The position numbers were made by a program, and so were the translations under genes. From an uncultured Gammaproteobacteria bacterium (GTDB lineage Bacteria > Pseudomonadota > Gammaproteobacteria > JACCXJ01), in assembly GCA_963764725.1 (NCBI GenBank), contig CAVXTM010000016.1:1-64000 (forward strand): 64,000 nucleotides of DNA. The letters run 5' to 3'. Shown here in pieces: positions 59,785 through 64,000 of this stretch; within the stretch, counting starts at the first letter, position 1, and the number at the start of each line of letters is the position of its first letter. The notes beneath the pieces were generated by a model. It made no database searches. It was not told the origin of the DNA and was given only the letters and a program-made list of their open reading frames with translations.

Positions 59785-61074
59785 TTAAGGTAACGCCTTC
59801 GCGAGCGCCTTACCCGACTCGATCAAGCGCTCGATCAGCACTTGCTGAAACACTTTGCCCAACCGCAATTGCGTGGGCAGCGAGGCCCAGTCTCGAACGG
59901 GGGCGCTGACCTTCATTACCGTGGCTGCTTGGGTAGCGACCACCGTTGCGCTACGGCGTCCCTCGGTGAGATAGCCAATCTCACCGAAACATTCGCCTTC
60001 CCTCAATGCGGCGATGTCCTTGCCATCTTTTTGGATTGCAACCTCGCCGGAAACGAGGATATAAAAGGCGGCTTCGATAGCGCCCTGCTGCAGAATGCAT
60101 GCGCCCGGATCGTAAGACTCCCAGACAGAGATCTTCACAAGATCACTCACTTCCATTGCCGAAAGGGCCTTGCAAAACTTCAAGGAACGGGCAATCCGAA
60201 CCTTCTCTTCCTGCGGTAGCGCCAACTGAGGATCATTGATCTCGTTGGCAAGCGTTTCGAGATCGGCGCCAAGATCCACCGCACGTTGATAACGAAGCGC
60301 CTGATCTTTCTGTAAACAGCGTTTGACGATGGCGGCTAAGCGTTTGGGCACCTCGGGCCGCAACGCTTCGACGGGGTCCGGATCTTTTTTTAGTATGTTA
60401 TTGATCACCACCGGTATATCCCGCGCGGCAAACGGCGTCTTTCCGGTTAGTAGCTGATAGCTCACAACCCCGAGCGAAAAGATGTCCGATTGCCCTGTGA
60501 GATCGCCTCCTCGCGCCTGCTCGGGTGACATATAGAGCGGGGATCCAAACCAGCCCATGACCTGCGTTTGATCACTATTAGCGCGCTGCGAGATGCCGAA
60601 ATCGCCCAATTTAACGACGTCTCTGGAAGTCAGCATAATGTTAGCGGGTTTGATGTCGCGATGGGTGACCCCTTTGCCGTGGGCATACACCAAGGCATCG
60701 GTACACTGGCGTATCAGTTTTACTGCCTGCTCGACGGGCAACAGCTTGCTCGCTTGGGTGTAGGTCTTCAGGGTGCGCGCTTGCTCCACGTACTCCATCG
60801 CGATATAACACAGACCCTGTTCGTAATTCGCGTCGTAGATCCTGAGAATGTTCGGGTGATCGAGCGCGCCCGCGGTCTGGGCTTCATTGAAGAAAAGCTT
60901 TTGCTGTTGCCGTGCCTCCACATCTTCCTCGAGGGTCGCCGGTATTTTACTTACCTTAATCGCAACCTTGCGGTCGATGACGGGATCATAAGCGACATAA
61001 ACCGTAGCCATGGCTCCCTGGCCCGCGATCCCTGTGATTTGGTACTTACCGATCTTCGCCGGCAAGGCTGACAT
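59785..61074 (-). CDS. Hanks-type Ser/Thr protein kinase with C-terminal cNMP-binding domain
   Basis: GQGAMATV, VAIK, HRDIKPAN, DFG, YMSPEQ; GECFGE...RRSATVVA; no TM segment. Confidence 0.92.
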   Translation of the reverse strand: MSALPAKIGKYQITGIAGQGAMATVYVAYDPVIDRKVAIKVSKIPATLEEDVEARQQQKLFFNEAQTAGALDHPNILRIYDANYEQGLCYIAMEYVEQARTLKTYTQASKLLPVEQAVKLIRQCTDALVYAHGKGVTHRDIKPANIMLTSRDVVKLGDFGISQRANSDQTQVMGWFGSPLYMSPEQARGGDLTGQSDIFSLGVVSYQLLTGKTPFAARDIPVVINNILKKDPDPVEALRPEVPKRLAAIVKRCLQKDQALRYQRAVDLGADLETLANEINDPQLALPQEEKVRIARSLKFCKALSAMEVSDLVKISVWESYDPGACILQQGAIEAAFYILVSGEVAIQKDGKDIAALREGECFGEIGYLTEGRRSATVVATQAATVMKVSAPVRDWASLPTQLRLGKVFQQVLIERLIESGKALAKALP

Positions 61075-61078
61075 CGTT

Positions 61079-64000
61079 TTAACGCTCCGACAAATGCAGC
61101 GCTGTTGTCGTCAACTCAACGGCGTAATCCACCCCAATCTTGCGGAGCGCGGTGAGGGCCTCCTCCCCCTCGGCGTTTTCGGCCACGGTCTTCGCGCCGA
61201 ATAATCGGCCCAGCTCATGCGCCGATTGGACCACCGCGTGTGCCTTTAAATTATGCGTCATGTCGCTGACGAACGTCCCGCTGATGGCGACAAAGTCGAC
61301 CGGAAGATCATCAAGAAGCGCATGCTTCGCAGTATTCTGGCCAAAGCATGCCAAGGAGAATCGGCAGCCGAATTCATGCACGGTACGGATAAAATGGTGT
61401 GCCGGTTCCGCATTCGCGAGGACCGTGTCCTCGGTGGCTTCAAAGCAAACCTTACCGGGCGGCACCGGATGTTCCGTCAGCAGATTCAGTACATATTCGA
61501 TTAGCCCCGCGTCGTTCAATGAGTCGCTTGACAGTCTAAAGACATACGCGCCCGTCTGCGCGGCATGGTTGCGATGGGCCCCCATCCACTGAATGCTTTC
61601 TCGTAACAGCAAGTGCTCCAGGATACGAACCTTCGGGGACAAGTGGGGCGTCTCGCATTCAAGCGGAACCGCGATGACCTCCTCCGCGCATAAAAACCGC
61701 GGGACGATCCGATAAAGGGGCGCCAGGTTCTCCGCCGGCTGCAGGGCTGTGACCCGTTGCGCGTAGGGAATGATTGATTCATTGGACAGCGCGTGATCGA
61801 GGTGGGTTTCCCAGTCAATTCCTTCCTCGCACCTGCTCGATGTCCCGCCGCATCCTGACAGGTCGAGCTTGTATCCCCCAGGCGCATCTACCTGCTCCGC
61901 TAACGAGCGCGCGCGGTCGAGGTGCTCTTGCGCCGTTCCCCCTTGAGGCCCGAACGCGACGACGCCGATATGGACGCGCAATTTCGAAAGCGCGCTCGTC
62001 CGTTTGATGGGCATATTCGACAAAGCTTCGTGTTGAGCATGGACTATTGCTTCGCCCTGGGTCGGATCCCCCGCCGGCAATACCCACGCGAGGCTGGTCC
62101 TGTCAAGGCGTGCCAACGTAGCCGGGGCCGGCAGCGACTGCTGCAAGAGCGTGGTTGATTGCTTGAGGATTCCATCGAAGCGCTGAGGGTCTATCCGCTC
62201 GTTCGCTTCTTTCAGTTGCACATGACCGAGCAAGCCCGTTACGCCTTCCGAGCGCGCCATTGCCGCGCTCAACCGGTGGATAAACGCCTGCCGGTTTTCA
62301 AGACCGGTGGTTCGGTCATGACAGGCAGCCTGATGGATGTCATGAAAGACGGAATAAGTCGCAGCACGAAGCGCCTGATCGATCGCCGTGACCTCGGTGG
62401 AATCGGCCAATTTGATCGCGCCACGGCGTAACTGCATGGCTAACTCGTGCAGCGTAAGCGATGCCGCCTTATTTCCCTCCTTGTCCGCGAAAACGTAAAG
62501 ATTGTGATTCTCAGCGATCCAAGCGAGGTAACGGCGCTCGCTCGATCCATGGCGGCCGCGGAATTGAAATGCCTGGCCCACTCGGAACTGTTTCGCGTGT
62601 TCGAGCCAGATCAGCCATTCCTTGGGAAAGTCGGGGCGCCCGTCTGTCTTCAGCTCGGTTCGCTTAGCAGCCATGCCCTGTACAACACGTGACTGCAAGA
62701 ATGCCTGCTGCTTATTACAATCCTCGATCACTTGTGTAACGTTGTTCTCATAGTCACCAATCCGCTGGGCCTCGAGTGCTTGTATGTCAGCCAAGGCTTC
62801 TCGTATTGGAGCCGTGCTATCGTTGTCTCCACCGTCGATTCTCGCAGCAAGGTGTTCGATCACTTCACTTAATCTTTGCTGGTGATCCCCGCTTCGTGGT
62901 AACGCGTGCTGTAATCGGGCGAGCTCGTTGACAAACCGATAAACAGGATGCGAGGGATCGCTCAAGAACTCCGGCTCGGACAAGGCGAGCTTGTGAAGGG
63001 GTACCGCTAAGCGCTGAAGCCAGGTCGGAGTACCATTGGTTGCTGCTACATCACCGCCAATCCAGGTGGTGAGGCGACTCACAACGTCGAGCACATACTC
63101 ATCGTCTGGGTGTATTGAACGCCGGTCCGCACCGGCTTCGATCCGGCTTTCTAGAGCAGCGACTAACCCAGCCTTGACGGTCGGGCTCTGACCTGCCTCA
63201 GCCGCGGACAGGGTTAACTCCCGTTCTACCGCGGGTAATGCGGCGATCAGATCGGAAGCGTTGTAATACGGTTCCGATCCCGCGAGCGCTGGAGAACCGC
63301 CGTGTCCTTGAGCCTGGCAACCGGGATCCTGACCTCCCGGTGGGTAGGTGCCAACGGCATCTTGTCCGATCCACTGCCGGAGTTGCAGTAACTTGCCAAC
63401 CGGGTTGCACGGACTCGGGTTGGGTGATGCCCGTGTTCCCTCGCCTACCAGAGGCGTTACCGCAGACTGCATTCGGCGTCCCGCCGCACCTCCTCGGTCC
63501 GACTGTGTGACGTACGCATCGTGGACACCCCCCCGGGCTACTGTCTCCGGCGCGACCGGTGATTCGCGTTGGACGCTCTTATGTGCGGTGGGCGTCCCGT
63601 CGAGGTTGGGCAGCACATTGAGTTTTTTTAAACATTCATTCACGCTGTGATAAAAACCACCCAGGTTCGCAAGCAACGATGCGCTCACCGCTGGATAGGC
63701 AGCCTGACACTGTCGGGTGGTGAAATCGAGGTTGTGCAATGCATCGGCAATGAGGTTGCACAGGACTACCGGGCCGATCGGATTCGTCGTTCTATCGATC
63801 TCTGACCGAGACACAAAGGAGAACCTTCTTTGTAGTCGGAAAAGGTCGTCCTTAAACCGCAGCTCGACCCGCACGACCGCTTCGCTCAGCGACAGAAAGT
63901 CCTCAAATTCATCTTGTTTTACCAGCACTAGCTCGTTTGCGTTTCGGAGAGGAGTGACCGCCTTGGTTGGAAACGCGCTGGACTGGGACCAATCGAGAGA
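61079..64000 (-). CDS. DUF1631-like protein with degenerate GGDEF and EAL domains (5' end outside window)
   Basis: Frame stays open from 63928 to the window end. N-terminal EFED.L...NPIGP and HPV..FVNEL; degenerate LARLDRTSL (GGDEF site) and FSLACFG (DDFG site). Confidence 0.8.
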   Translation of the reverse strand, partial: SLDWSQSSAFPTKAVTPLRNANELVLVKQDEFEDFLSLSEAVVRVELRFKDDLFRLQRRFSFVSRSEIDRTTNPIGPVVLCNLIADALHNLDFTTRQCQAAYPAVSASLLANLGGFYHSVNECLKKLNVLPNLDGTPTAHKSVQRESPVAPETVARGGVHDAYVTQSDRGGAAGRRMQSAVTPLVGEGTRASPNPSPCNPVGKLLQLRQWIGQDAVGTYPPGGQDPGCQAQGHGGSPALAGSEPYYNASDLIAALPAVERELTLSAAEAGQSPTVKAGLVAALESRIEAGADRRSIHPDDEYVLDVVSRLTTWIGGDVAATNGTPTWLQRLAVPLHKLALSEPEFLSDPSHPVYRFVNELARLQHALPRSGDHQQRLSEVIEHLAARIDGGDNDSTAPIREALADIQALEAQRIGDYENNVTQVIEDCNKQQAFLQSRVVQGMAAKRTELKTDGRPDFPKEWLIWLEHAKQFRVGQAFQFRGRHGSSERRYLAWIAENHNLYVFADKEGNKAASLTLHELAMQLRRGAIKLADSTEVTAIDQALRAATYSVFHDIHQAACHDRTTGLENRQAFIHRLSAAMARSEGVTGLLGHVQLKEANERIDPQRFDGILKQSTTLLQQSLPAPATLARLDRTSLAWVLPAGDPTQGEAIVHAQHEALSNMPIKRTSALSKLRVHIGVVAFGPQGGTAQEHLDRARSLAEQVDAPGGYKLDLSGCGGTSSRCEEGIDWETHLDHALSNESIIPYAQRVTALQPAENLAPLYRIVPRFLCAEEVIAVPLECETPHLSPKVRILEHLLLRESIQWMGAHRNHAAQTGAYVFRLSSDSLNDAGLIEYVLNLLTEHPVPPGKVCFEATEDTVLANAEPAHHFIRTVHEFGCRFSLACFGQNTAKHALLDDLPVDFVAISGTFVSDMTHNLKAHAVVQSAHELGRLFGAKTVAENAEGEEALTALRKIGVDYAVELTTTALHLSER

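Overview
Gammaproteobacterial chromosome segment. Conserved core blocks are nadB / rpoE-rseA-rseB-degP-lepA-lepB-DUF4845-rnc-era-recO-pdxJ, rne / rluC-S49-maf, and ffh. Accessory metabolic and envelope genes include moaA, sodC, prkA-yeaH-spoVR + BNR propeller + yqeC, glk, dsbB, a GtrAB-like glycosylation cluster, c-di-GMP genes, a GltD/NfnB-NfnA-like fusion and thiD. The most striking element is at 76-3110. It is a GC-rich gene with several frameshifts that, read across frames, encodes one TIR - WD40 (near-identical repeats) - Roc/COR GTPase - Zn-ribbon - DUF4365-like nuclease protein, a candidate innate-immunity-like defence protein. An A-tract and a small MITE/REP-like palindromic element follow it. 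Also notable: an NADP-isocitrate dehydrogenase fused to a C-terminal CBS pair next to a cNMP-domain Ser/Thr kinase, and several decayed genes (acpS, a TPR gene, GT2+LAB_N, ypjD, and an aspartic protease with a catalytic D->N change). No rRNA, credible tRNA, CRISPR array or transposase was found. All calls come from motif reading by eye; no database searches were run.
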